Assembly (NCBI GenBank): GCA_903835075.1
Contig: CAILLM010000004.1
Coordinates: forward strand, 80,532 to 144,531
Length of the DNA stretch: 64,000 bases
Reading direction: 5' to 3'
DNA from: Candidatus Staskawiczbacteria bacterium
GTDB taxonomy: Bacteria; Patescibacteriota; Minisyncoccia; Minisyncoccales; Staskawiczbacteraceae
Shown: in pieces, positions 17,517 to 26,538 of the stretch
Numbering within the stretch: the stretch's first letter is position 1
Layout of the letters: each line of letters starts with the position of its first letter
Made by a program: the position numbers and the translations under genes
Notes under the pieces: generated by a model
The model's input: the letters and a program-made list of their open reading frames with translations, nothing else
What the model was told of the DNA's origin: nothing
Database searches by the model: none

Positions 17517-17547
17517 CCCGCAACAGAAATGTTGCGGGATTTTTTTT
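17517..17547. terminator. Bidirectional rho-independent terminator between the convergent purH and OCD genes
   Basis: cccgcaaca-gaaa-tgttgcggg (9-bp stem) followed by a T8 run. Confidence 0.85.
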
Positions 17548-18523
17548 AGAAAATTTTTATTTCTTGGCCAATTCCTTTTTCTACAGCTTCCCTGTAAACC
17601 ATTGAGGCAGTAAATAAATCTTGCAGAGCAAGTCCAGTTGAATCAAAAACAGTAATTTCATTATCATTTTCTCTGCCTACTTTTAGTCCAGCAACAATTT
17701 CGCCTAAAGAGCCATAAATATCTTCTTTTTTTATAATTCCTTTAGTCACAGGAACATTTATTTCTCCAGAGTGTGAGGCTTGTGTCCAATCATCAACAAC
17801 TATTTTTGCACGTTTTAAAATTTCTGGCTCTAGCTCTTCTTTGCTTTCAGCGTCAGCGCCAACTGCATTTATGTGAGCCCCAGGGACAACCCATTCATTT
17901 TTAACAATTGGTTGTCGTGAGGGTGTGGTTGTAGTTACAATGTCTTGTTTACAAACTTCTTCCAGCTCAGCACTTTTTATTTCAATGCCAATTTTTTTTA
18001 ACTCAGCAGAAAGTTTTTCAATATTTTTTTCATTAACATCATAAACAAGGATTTCTTGCAGTTTAATTGTGTGGGCAGTAGCAGCTATTTGAAATAAGGC
18101 TTGTTGGCCAGCGCCCACAACTCCCATTGTGCGGGCATATTTTTTAGCAAGATACTTTGCTGCCACAGCTCCCGCAGCTCCTGTTCTCATGCCCGTAATA
18201 TATGTGCCATCCATCAAAGCAATAGGCGAGCCTGTTTCTGCATCATTTAAAACTATAACTGCTCCCACAGTAGGTAAGTTATTTTGGGGGTTGTCGGGGT
18301 GTACGTTAACAATTTTTGTACCTGCCATTTTTAGTTCTTCTGAAAAACTTGGCATAACTCGTAGGTCCCCATTATTTTTTTTAAAATATAAATAAGTTTT
18401 TGGTGGCATATCAACTTCACCTTTTCCATATTTTAAAAACGCTAGCTCAATTTGTCTAACCACCTTATCAATTTGTGATAAGGGAATTAATTGTTTTACT
18501 TCTTCTTGAGTTAAAATAAGCAT
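17546..18523 (-). CDS. Ornithine cyclodeaminase / mu-crystallin family protein (archaeal-type alanine dehydrogenase-like)
   Basis: Length and motifs match the family: GTKIVNVHP.N, ITGMRTGAAGAVAAKYLA, Rossmann GVVGAGQQA, VGADAESKEEL. Confidence 0.8.
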   Translation of the reverse strand: MLILTQEEVKQLIPLSQIDKVVRQIELAFLKYGKGEVDMPPKTYLYFKKNNGDLRVMPSFSEELKMAGTKIVNVHPDNPQNNLPTVGAVIVLNDAETGSPIALMDGTYITGMRTGAAGAVAAKYLAKKYARTMGVVGAGQQALFQIAATAHTIKLQEILVYDVNEKNIEKLSAELKKIGIEIKSAELEEVCKQDIVTTTTPSRQPIVKNEWVVPGAHINAVGADAESKEELEPEILKRAKIVVDDWTQASHSGEINVPVTKGIIKKEDIYGSLGEIVAGLKVGRENDNEITVFDSTGLALQDLFTASMVYREAVEKGIGQEIKIF

Positions 18524-18593
18524 GTTTTTTAATTTAATTATAATATGCTTTTATTATACTCTTTCGGGTTGGGGCAAGGAATAGGCAAAAGTC

Positions 18594-18622
18594 TTGACAT
18601 TGATACGTTAGTAAGATATAAT
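18594..18622 (+). promoter_or_regulatory. Consensus sigma70 promoter of the marR-efflux operon, with a downstream palindrome (candidate MarR operator)
   Basis: TTGACA 18594-18599, exactly 17 nt, then TATAAT 18617-18622. Immediately downstream is actat-cta-atagt (5-3-5 palindrome). Confidence 0.65.
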
Positions 18623-18683
18623 AGACTATCTAATAGTTAGGTAATCAAACTATATTATAAATATCGCTACGCTACGTAAACTT

Positions 18684-19103
18684 ATGGAAAAAAATGAAAA
18701 ATTGTTATCTGCCATATTTAATGTTGGCAGGCTTATAAGAGAAGAAATCCATGCTAGCAATTGCTTGGCTGATTTTACGCATACAGAAGTGGAAGTGTTA
18801 AAATTCTTGCATAATAAAAAAAATGTAACCATGAAGGCTATAGCAGATTATTTATATATAAAACCATCTTCTGCTACTCCCGTAATAGATAAATTAGCTG
18901 AAAATGGAAATATAAAAAGAGTTGAAAACAAAGATGATAGAAGGGTTGTATATATTGAATTAACCGTAAAAGGAAAAAAAACCTTGGAAAAAAAATATAA
19001 AACCATACACAAAACAATTGATAAAATTTTTGGGAAGTTAAATGAAAAAGATAAAAAAATATTAATAAATATATTTGAAAAAATAAACAATGAAAATATC
19101 TAA
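18684..19103 (+). CDS. MarR-family transcriptional regulator
   Basis: Winged-HTH: EVEVLKFL....VTMKAIADYLYIKPSSATPVIDKLAENGNIKRVENKDDRRVVYIELTVKGKK. Confidence 0.85.
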   Translation: MEKNEKLLSAIFNVGRLIREEIHASNCLADFTHTEVEVLKFLHNKKNVTMKAIADYLYIKPSSATPVIDKLAENGNIKRVENKDDRRVVYIELTVKGKKTLEKKYKTIHKTIDKIFGKLNEKDKKILINIFEKINNENI

Positions 19104-20535
19104 AAATAATATAATTATATTAGCTTCTGCAGTAGTTTTAATTGGAATTATTGTTTTGTTGTACTTTATTTTTGGTAATAATACGCCAGCTCACTTAACT
19201 TCTGTTGAAGTCAAAACCAGCAATATTACTGAAACTGTTAATTTAAATGGAGGGGTTAAGGCTTCTCAGGGAGTTGATTTGTCTTTTGAGTCGCAAGGAA
19301 AAATTGTAGCAAATTATGTTAAGGTTGGTGATAAAATTTACGCAGGCCAACCCCTTGTAGCAATTGATAGCTCTATTTTAAGGTCTCAGTTAAAACAAGC
19401 TCAGGCTCAGCTTGATATTTTGAATGTTGATACGGTTGAGAGTAAAACAAACTCCAACTTGCAAGTTGCTTACCAAAATGGTCTAAGCGCGGCACAAAAA
19501 TCAGTTGGAATAGCAAAAAATATATTGCTTACTATAACGGATATCCAAAATACGCATTTTCAAACACAAAGCATGCAAAATGTGCCTCTTTTTAATGCTA
19601 AACAAGAGGCAATATTATCTTTATTGGGTCAATCTAGTACCAGCTTGGCCAATTCGGAAGTTTTAGGAGCACTAAATGGTGGTACTTTTGGTTTGGTACA
19701 AAACGCCATCCAAAATCCAACTCAGGGTAACATTGATTCGGTGCTTCTAGCATTAAAGGCTTCCTTACAAGATGTAAATAATATGATTGATGCCATGCCT
19801 ATTACAGATACTGTCACTCCTGCAGAAAGGGCTGTTATAAGCTCAGCAAAAACAAGCATTGATGCGGAAATTATGACAACAACAGCTAATATGCAGGCAA
19901 TAGCAAATTTAAAGGTGAATAATACAGCAACTATATCAACTGCCAATGCGCAGGTTGAAGCAGCAAAGGCAAATGTGGACGCAATTAAAGCACAACTTGC
20001 CAAAACAGTTATAACTGCTTTGTTTGACGGGCAAGTTGATAAAGACAATGTGGTTGTAGGTCAGCTAGTTTCATCTAACGTGCCAGTTGTGACAATTTCA
20101 AATGATAATTTAGAAATAGATACAACTGTATCTGAAATTGATTTACCAAATGCAAAAATTGGAGCAAAAGCAAATGTATCATTAGATGCTTATGGTAATA
20201 ATGTTAATTTTCCAGCAACAATTTTTTCTGTAGATTCTGCTCCAACAATTATAAATGGCATTTCAGCTTATGGAGCTAGGTTAAAATTTGATAATTTAGA
20301 CGCAAGAATAAAATCTGGTATGACAGCGAATATAAGCATGATCTCTGACACTCATGCAAATGTTTTAGCAATTCCAAAATCTGCTGTTATACAAAATAAT
20401 GGTAATTATTTTGTGTTGATAGATAATGGAAATTCTAAAAAAGAAACAAGGCAAGTGACAGTTGGTTTGCATGACAATAAAAATATAGAAATAATTTCTG
20501 GTTTGCAATTAGGGGAAAAAGTATTTACGTATTAA
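19090..20535 (+). CDS. HlyD-family efflux periplasmic adaptor (long coiled-coil)
   Basis: TM anchor, biotinyl-lipoyl-like V.VGDKIYAGQPLVAID, a long Ala/Gln-rich helical hairpin, a beta-barrel, and the LAIPKSAV membrane-proximal motif. Confidence 0.75.
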   Translation: MKISKNNIIILASAVVLIGIIVLLYFIFGNNTPAHLTSVEVKTSNITETVNLNGGVKASQGVDLSFESQGKIVANYVKVGDKIYAGQPLVAIDSSILRSQLKQAQAQLDILNVDTVESKTNSNLQVAYQNGLSAAQKSVGIAKNILLTITDIQNTHFQTQSMQNVPLFNAKQEAILSLLGQSSTSLANSEVLGALNGGTFGLVQNAIQNPTQGNIDSVLLALKASLQDVNNMIDAMPITDTVTPAERAVISSAKTSIDAEIMTTTANMQAIANLKVNNTATISTANAQVEAAKANVDAIKAQLAKTVITALFDGQVDKDNVVVGQLVSSNVPVVTISNDNLEIDTTVSEIDLPNAKIGAKANVSLDAYGNNVNFPATIFSVDSAPTIINGISAYGARLKFDNLDARIKSGMTANISMISDTHANVLAIPKSAVIQNNGNYFVLIDNGNSKKETRQVTVGLHDNKNIEIISGLQLGEKVFTY

Positions 20536-20545
20536 TTTAAAAAAC

Positions 20546-21163
20546 ATGGAAAATAACAAAAGAAATAAAATAATTTTATTAATTGCTATTGCGGTAATAG
20601 TTTTAGGAAGTATCGCAGGATATATTTATTGGGCTGTTTCTTCTAGTAATGTTTATGTAGAAAATTCTACTGTATCAGCACCTGTAATCAATGAAGTCCC
20701 TGCTGTTGGTGGAATTCTTCAAGAAGTTTTTGTAAATACAGGAGATATTGTACAAATGTCTGCTCCAATTGCAAGAGTAGGAAATGAATTATTAAAAGCT
20801 CAATCAGCTGGGCAAATTATGTCTATAAGCACAGACGTGGGCGCTTCCTATGGCCCAGGAAAAACTGTAGCCACAATGATTAATCCAGAAGACTTAAGGG
20901 TAGTTGGGCAAGTTCAAGAAGATAAAGGTTTGAAATTTATAAAAGTTGGGCAAACTGCTGTTTTTACTGTTGATGCATTTGGTTCGAAAAAATATTCAGG
21001 AATTGTTGATGAAATTTCTCCAACATCTAATGCGGGTGATATTGTTTTTAATATTTCTAACGCAAGGCAAGAAAATGATTTTGATGTTAAGGTGAGGTTT
21101 GATGCAACGCAATATCCAGAATTAAAAAATGGAATGTCAGCTAAACTTTGGATATACAAATAA
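20546..21163 (+). CDS. Short HlyD/EmrA-like membrane fusion protein
   Basis: TM anchor, V.TGDIVQMSAPIARV lipoyl-like hairpin, and a beta-barrel ending MSAKLWIY. Lies directly upstream of the MFS pump. Confidence 0.7.
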   Translation: MENNKRNKIILLIAIAVIVLGSIAGYIYWAVSSSNVYVENSTVSAPVINEVPAVGGILQEVFVNTGDIVQMSAPIARVGNELLKAQSAGQIMSISTDVGASYGPGKTVATMINPEDLRVVGQVQEDKGLKFIKVGQTAVFTVDAFGSKKYSGIVDEISPTSNAGDIVFNISNARQENDFDVKVRFDATQYPELKNGMSAKLWIYK

Positions 21164-21172
21164 TTATATTTA

Positions 21173-22669
21173 ATGGACGAAGACCACAAAAATTTTAAAT
21201 GGCTGGTATTGCTGACGGTAGTTATTGGAACTTTTTTAGGTAGGCTAGATCAAACAATTGTTAATTTAGCTTTACCAAAAATAATAACTGATTTTAGAAT
21301 TACTGTTACTTCTGCTAGTTGGATTGCAACCGCGTACATTTTAGCTAACGCGGTTTTTGTTCCTATTTGGGGAAAGCTTGGCGACACCATTGGTAGGAAA
21401 AAAGTTTATATTTGGGGTTTTGGAATTTTTATTTTTGGTTCAGCTTTAGCTGGGTTTGCATGGGATTTAAATTCCATGATTGTTTTTAGAATTATTCAGG
21501 CAATTGCCAGTTCAGCCGACTACCCAACAGCAATGGCAATTTTGGCGGTAACTTTTAGTCACGGGAAAGAAAGGGCGCAGGCACTTGGTTTGTGGTCTGT
21601 ATCGTTTGCAGCAGCTTCTGTTTTTGGGCCATTAATTGGAGGGCCCATGATTGATATTTTTGGCTGGAGGTCTATCTTTTTATTAAACATTCCAATTGGT
21701 ATTGTAGGAATTGTTATGGCTTTAATTTTCATAAGAGAATCTGTCTCAGAGCACAAAACAGTTCATTTTGATTGGTGGGGTGCTATCACCTTGGGATCGG
21801 CACTTTCTTCTTTGGTTTTGGTTTTAGATCAGGGAAGTATTTGGGGTTGGGTTTCGCTTTCTAGCGTAATTTGTTATATTGCCACAATTATTTTTACTAC
21901 AATATTTATACTTATTGAAGCAGGTGCTGACGAACCAATTGTTGATTTAAAGTTTTTCAAAAATAGTGTTTTTGTAAATACTATTGTAAATAATTTTGTT
22001 GTTTTTATGGCTTTAATGGGCGCGGTATTTTTAATCCCTATTTTTTGCCAAACTTATTTGGGTTATGACGCCACAAAAACCGGTTACATATTTATTCCAA
22101 TGGCATTTTTTATGGTAATTTCTTCGGCAATAGGTGGAAGTTTAACCGGGAAGTTAAAACCAAAATATATTATTTTTGCCAGCACACTTATTGCATCCAT
22201 AGGAGTTTTTATGTTTTCATTTTTAGATCCAAGGTCAACAATGTGGAGTGTTATTATCCCGCTTTCTGTTATGGCATTTGGTTTGGGCTTTGGAATGTCG
22301 CAACGTACAAATGTAATTACAGTTGTTGTTCCTGTTGAAGAAATGGGAATGGCTTCTTCGGTTTTAGCACTTGGAAGAAATATTGCCGGTTCATTTGGAA
22401 TTGCTATTTTTGGAACAATTTTAACAGACGCCACAAAAACAAATGTTTTAAATACTGCTTATCATAGTATTATTAATGTCACCAATTCAACGGTTTACCA
22501 AGAGGCAGTACAGTTGATTATTTTAAAATCTCAAATAGATGCTTATAAACCTGTTTTTTGGACAGCTTCAGCAGTTTTATTGGTTGGTGCATTTTTATCT
22601 TTGTTGATAAATGTTTCTAAAGATCAAATGACGCATGGCCATAAGGCAGAGGATTTTGTTGAAATTTAA
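21173..22669 (+). CDS. MFS drug:H+ antiporter, DHA2 (EmrB/QacA) family, about 14 TM helices
   Basis: Motif A GKLGDTIGRKKVY, motif C-like GPLIGGPMID, and about 14 hydrophobic segments. Confidence 0.9.
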   Translation: MDEDHKNFKWLVLLTVVIGTFLGRLDQTIVNLALPKIITDFRITVTSASWIATAYILANAVFVPIWGKLGDTIGRKKVYIWGFGIFIFGSALAGFAWDLNSMIVFRIIQAIASSADYPTAMAILAVTFSHGKERAQALGLWSVSFAAASVFGPLIGGPMIDIFGWRSIFLLNIPIGIVGIVMALIFIRESVSEHKTVHFDWWGAITLGSALSSLVLVLDQGSIWGWVSLSSVICYIATIIFTTIFILIEAGADEPIVDLKFFKNSVFVNTIVNNFVVFMALMGAVFLIPIFCQTYLGYDATKTGYIFIPMAFFMVISSAIGGSLTGKLKPKYIIFASTLIASIGVFMFSFLDPRSTMWSVIIPLSVMAFGLGFGMSQRTNVITVVVPVEEMGMASSVLALGRNIAGSFGIAIFGTILTDATKTNVLNTAYHSIINVTNSTVYQEAVQLIILKSQIDAYKPVFWTASAVLLVGAFLSLLINVSKDQMTHGHKAEDFVEI

Positions 22670-22734
22670 AAAAGGAGTATAATTAAGTTAATATAATTAG
22701 ACGAGTTAGGTGTTCAGCGAAATTTATAGCAGTA

Positions 22735-23052
22735 ATGTATAAATATATCTTGCTAAAATTTCGAAGCAATCGTGTTCGCCTCGCTCACACGACCGTGTTT
22801 TTTGCAATAATATTTATAGCAATAGGTTTAGCATTATTACTTAATTCTTTGGGGTGGTTTGTTGGAATGTGGCAAATTTTTTGGGGAATAATCTTTTTAG
22901 CAGTTGGAATTAGAATGTGCATGAAGCAAGGAGGTTGCCCTATGTGCGAAGGTCATATATGGAAAAATAAAATGGTAGGAAAGATGCATGATCACGGATG
23001 TGATTGTGAGCACGAATGTGAAGAAAAACCACGTGCTAATAAAAAGAAATAA
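22735..23052 (+). CDS. Small two-TM protein with a Cys/His-rich cytoplasmic tail
   Basis: TM helices FFAIIFIAIGLALLL and IFWGIIFLAVGI, then CPMCEGH...HDHGCDCEHECEE. Start codon uncertain. Confidence 0.45.
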   Translation: MYKYILLKFRSNRVRLAHTTVFFAIIFIAIGLALLLNSLGWFVGMWQIFWGIIFLAVGIRMCMKQGGCPMCEGHIWKNKMVGKMHDHGCDCEHECEEKPRANKKK

Positions 23053-23053
23053 A

Positions 23054-23479
23054 ATGGCACTTTGGATTATATATTCAATTTTGTCAGCGGTATTTGCCGC
23101 AATGGTTGCAATATTTGGGAAGATAGGTTTGCAAAATATTGATTCTACGCTAGCAACTACAGTTAGAGCCATTGTTATGGCTCTATTTCTGTTTATAATT
23201 TCTTTGTCTTTGGGTAAATTTAGTATGCTGCATACAATAAAAAATAAAACATTATTTTTTATTGTTTTATCTGGGGTGGCTGGAGCAATGTCGTGGCTGT
23301 TTTATTTTTTGGCTCTGAAAACAGGAATTGTTACTGGCGTGGCGGCAATAGATAGATTATCTGTTGTATTCGTAGTTATTTTTGCAGCATTATTCCTAAG
23401 CGAAAGCTTAACTTGGTACACAGCTATTGGTGCACTATTCATGGTAATAGGCGCTATTCTAATGGTAATCAAAAAGTAA
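23054..23479 (+). CDS. Single-EamA-domain (DMT superfamily) small membrane transporter
   Basis: 141 aa with 5 TM helices and an EamA-like pattern (ILSAVFAAMVAIFGKIGL..ID...AT.VRA). I chose the ATG at 23054; the track start at 22988 overlaps the upstream gene. Confidence 0.65.
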   Translation: MALWIIYSILSAVFAAMVAIFGKIGLQNIDSTLATTVRAIVMALFLFIISLSLGKFSMLHTIKNKTLFFIVLSGVAGAMSWLFYFLALKTGIVTGVAAIDRLSVVFVVIFAALFLSESLTWYTAIGALFMVIGAILMVIKK

Positions 23480-23480
23480 A

Positions 23481-23507
23481 TTAGCACTCTTGACACGAGA
23501 TTGCTAA
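23481..23507. promoter_or_regulatory. CIRCE operator (HrcA binding site)
   Basis: TTAGCACTC-N9-GATTGCTAA versus the consensus TTAGCACTC-N9-GAGTGCTAA (one mismatch). Confidence 0.85.
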
Positions 23508-23518
23508 TTTTGTAATAT
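23490..23518 (+). promoter_or_regulatory. Sigma70-type promoter of the hrcA-grpE operon, embedded in CIRCE
   Basis: TTGACA 23490-23495, a 17-nt spacer, then TAATAT 23513-23518. The ATG is at 23527. Confidence 0.7.
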
Positions 23519-23526
23519 AGGTATAT

Positions 23527-23931
23527 ATGATTACCGAGAGACAAGAAAAACTTCTAGACTTTCTTATTAGAGAGTATATAAGCACAGCAGAACCTGTGGG
23601 TTCTTTGGCTTTAAAAAAAGTTTGTGATTTAGAGGTTTGTGGAGCAACCATAAGAAACGATTTGCAGGCACTAACAAAAGAAGGTTATATTGAACAGCCA
23701 CATACTTCGGCAGGTAGAATCCCAACAAGAAAAGCCTATAAGCATTTTTCTGAGCAACTTGAGCAGAAAAGACAAAAGGAGTTTGATGATTTCATAGTGC
23801 GACAAGTTCGTTTTGCTCATGAAGAAATGGCCCGTGAGATGCGAAGAATGGAAGAATTAATGCAATCACTTGAACAAGATAATTTTTTTGAAATATTAAT
23901 TACAATAGAACAATGGCACAAGAAGATATAA
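23527..23931 (+). CDS. hrcA: Truncated-format HrcA (N-terminal winged-helix only, 134 aa)
   Basis: ERQEKLLDFLIREYISTAEPVGSLAL......GATIRNDLQALTKEGYIEQPHTSAGRIPT is the HrcA N-terminal DNA-binding domain. The rest is a short charged helix. Confidence 0.7.
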   Translation: MITERQEKLLDFLIREYISTAEPVGSLALKKVCDLEVCGATIRNDLQALTKEGYIEQPHTSAGRIPTRKAYKHFSEQLEQKRQKEFDDFIVRQVRFAHEEMAREMRRMEELMQSLEQDNFFEILITIEQWHKKI

Positions 23932-24398
23932 AAATTGACGAAGTCGAGGAAATAAAAAAACAACTCGAAGAAGCGAAAGTTAAGTGCGAAGAATATTTAA
24001 ACGGTTGGAAGCGTGAGCGTGCAGATTTTTTGAACTACAAAAAAGATGAAATGGAGCGCATTGGCCAGTTAGTAAAATATTCTAATGAGGAGTTAATTTT
24101 AAAAATTATTCCAATTTTAGATAATATCTATTTAGCTGAAGCTCATGTGCCCGAAAAACTGAAAGGTAATGCTTGGATTAACGGCTTTAATTTAATAAAG
24201 AATCAATTGTCTGAATTTTTAACAAAAGAGGGAATTGAACCCATAGAAGTTTTAGGCAAAACTTTTGACGCAAATTTAATGGAAATTATTGGCGAGACCG
24301 AGGGTGACCAACCCAACGTAGTAACAGAAGAAGCCCAACGCGGCTATACAATGAATGAAAAATTAATTAGAGTAGCTAAAGTTAAAATATCTAAATAA
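23913..24398 (+). CDS. grpE: Nucleotide exchange factor GrpE
   Basis: The RERADFLNYKKD helix, ILPILDN, and a C-terminal beta domain (V..E.Q.GY..NEKLIRVAKV). Confidence 0.9.
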   Translation: MAQEDIKIDEVEEIKKQLEEAKVKCEEYLNGWKRERADFLNYKKDEMERIGQLVKYSNEELILKIIPILDNIYLAEAHVPEKLKGNAWINGFNLIKNQLSEFLTKEGIEPIEVLGKTFDANLMEIIGETEGDQPNVVTEEAQRGYTMNEKLIRVAKVKISK

Positions 24399-24402
24399 AA
24401 AT

Positions 24403-24876
24403 ATGGCAGAAATTTATCAAACAAAAAACTTTATAGTTGAATCAGCAGAAGCTCCCCACGTAACAAGAGCAGATGGCGGGCATATTAGAATTCTTCCAAA
24501 AGAAAAAGTTTCCGATAGAACTAAGCTTTCACCGCAACTTGCAATTGAATTGATGCGTTTAACGATGGTGGCGGGAGAGGCAATGACAACTGTCATGAAC
24601 AAAAGAGGCGTTGATATTGGAAGAATAAATTACCAAGACAATGGAAACTGGACGGTGTTTTTTCCTGAAGGACCAGTTTTGCACATACACCTTTATGGAA
24701 GAGCTAAAAGTGCAAAAATTAATAAATATGGAGATGCTTGTCATTTTCCTAATAGAGATACAGGTTTTTACGATAATTTTGAACCGCTTAATAAAGATGA
24801 TGTTTTGGGAATAAAAGAAGAAATGGAAAAAATATTTACAGAAGATAAATATTCTGACAAAACCTGGGGAATATAA
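24403..24876 (+). CDS. HIT-like fold protein (tentative)
   Basis: VLHIHLYGR resembles the HxHxH HIT histidine triad; the size fits. No further motif confirmed. Confidence 0.4.
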   Translation: MAEIYQTKNFIVESAEAPHVTRADGGHIRILPKEKVSDRTKLSPQLAIELMRLTMVAGEAMTTVMNKRGVDIGRINYQDNGNWTVFFPEGPVLHIHLYGRAKSAKINKYGDACHFPNRDTGFYDNFEPLNKDDVLGIKEEMEKIFTEDKYSDKTWGI

Positions 24877-24893
24877 TATTTAAGTCAGATAAT

Positions 24894-25352
24894 ATGAATG
24901 AAAATGGAGAAATAAAATTAAGGCGGGCTACTTTGGAAGATGTTGATAACGTATTAGAAATTGAGAAGACGGCTGATGGGGTTAAAACTTATTCTGCGCT
25001 GACAGATAGAAGTGATGTTATAAAATATATTGCAAATGATATTTTTTATATAATTGAAAAAAATAATGAAATTGCTGGCAATGTGTCGTACGAATTGAAG
25101 GACAATAACCATGCATACTTGAGCGGACTAGTAATATTGCCAAAATATCAGGGGCAGGGAATAGCAAGGCGGGCGATTGGCATGATTTTGGAAGAGTTAA
25201 AAGATGTTAAGCAAATTGAGCTTTTTACACATCCCGAAAATAAAAAATCGATTGGATTATATATATCTTTTGGTTTTAAAAAAACAGGAGAGCAAATAGA
25301 AAATTATTTTGGTGACGGCGAACCAAGAATTAAAATGATTTTAGAAAAATAA
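24894..25352 (+). CDS. GNAT-family N-acetyltransferase
   Basis: Motif A: VILPKYQGQGIARRAIGMIL (Q/RxxGxG/A), followed by N..SIGLYISFGFK. Confidence 0.8.
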   Translation: MNENGEIKLRRATLEDVDNVLEIEKTADGVKTYSALTDRSDVIKYIANDIFYIIEKNNEIAGNVSYELKDNNHAYLSGLVILPKYQGQGIARRAIGMILEELKDVKQIELFTHPENKKSIGLYISFGFKKTGEQIENYFGDGEPRIKMILEK

Positions 25353-25362
25353 AAATTAGTAA

Positions 25363-25785
25363 ATGAAACAAGAAAGAAGTACGATAATAAAATCGATTAC
25401 GACGCCATTGGGATTTTTTGCTTTAGCCTTATTGATCGCAGAAGGCTTCCTAGGGATAGTCCTAATTTTTTCGAAAGGAAATTTAAGTGAAAGTTTTTAT
25501 TTTTGGGGGATGATTATTGGTGCCGTCTTGTTTGTTATAGTTATCGTTTTAGTTTTTATTTTAGTTTGGTATCGTACAGATAAGATTGTCTCTAGCGGGA
25601 AAGATTGGTTAGACCGAGAGAAATTAAATGCAAAAATAAATAAAAATGCGCCATTAAAGGAGGACCTAAAGAGTACCAATGAAACTACAGAGGAAAAACC
25701 GAGTTATTATTATCCCGAGCTAACTGAGGAAGAAAAAGAAGAAATAATTAGAGAAATGGAATTAGAAAAGAAAATAGGTGAATAA
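25363..25785 (+). CDS. Two-TM membrane protein with an acidic C-terminal tail
   Basis: Two long hydrophobic helices, then an EEEKEE-rich tail. No known motif. Confidence 0.5.
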   Translation: MKQERSTIIKSITTPLGFFALALLIAEGFLGIVLIFSKGNLSESFYFWGMIIGAVLFVIVIVLVFILVWYRTDKIVSSGKDWLDREKLNAKINKNAPLKEDLKSTNETTEEKPSYYYPELTEEEKEEIIREMELEKKIGE

Positions 25786-25809
25786 TAAAAAATAAATAAA
25801 AATATTATT

Positions 25810-26520
25810 ATGGCAGAAAAATTGCAGGAAAAAATAAAAGATATAAAAAAATCTATAGTTGCGATAGGATTTAGCCCTAATCCGGAACAAATCACGATAA
25901 TAGGAAGTGGCTTTATCGTCTCCGAAGAAGGGGTGGTGGTCACTGTTGCACATTTGTTTAATAGTCTTAACGACGAGCAAATAAAAAATTTAAAAGCCAA
26001 TGTGATGCTAAGCGAGCAGAGTAAAGATTCAGAAGTTTATAAATGGATACCGTTGACCATGGATAAGAACAAAATGAGTGTCAAGGACGATATAGCTGTT
26101 TTAAAATTGGATTTAAATCAAGAAAAAGATATTAAATTAACAAAACTAGAATTGGAGGATTCTGATAGCGTGGAAATAGGACAAGAAGCATATTTCATAG
26201 GTTTCCCATACGCTGCACAATTAATGAATAGTGGATTCGGTGTAACGTTGATAGTCAACAGAGGAATTGTTAGCAATATAAAGAGGGATGGAGTTGACCC
26301 AAAACATCCTAGAAATTGGTTTATTATTGATGCAATTAGTAACCCTGGCAATAGCGGTTGTCCAATAATTGATGTAGAAAGCAATAAAGTGATTGGAGTG
26401 ATGAGTATTTCTTTCAGAACTCCTTCTGTAAATCCAAAATATAGCGATTTAGAAATTCGGGAGCCGATGCATATTGCCGGAGCAAAGCCAATAAATTTAG
26501 TGAAAGAATTATTAAAATGA
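25810..26520 (+). CDS. Cytoplasmic trypsin-like (S1/Trypsin_2) serine protease
   Basis: Triad contexts: GSGFIVSEEGVVVTVAHL (His), DDIAVLKL (Asp), NPGNSGCPIID (Ser). No signal peptide. Confidence 0.7.
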   Translation: MAEKLQEKIKDIKKSIVAIGFSPNPEQITIIGSGFIVSEEGVVVTVAHLFNSLNDEQIKNLKANVMLSEQSKDSEVYKWIPLTMDKNKMSVKDDIAVLKLDLNQEKDIKLTKLELEDSDSVEIGQEAYFIGFPYAAQLMNSGFGVTLIVNRGIVSNIKRDGVDPKHPRNWFIIDAISNPGNSGCPIIDVESNKVIGVMSISFRTPSVNPKYSDLEIREPMHIAGAKPINLVKELLK

Positions 26521-26538
26521 TAATTAAAAGATAAAATC

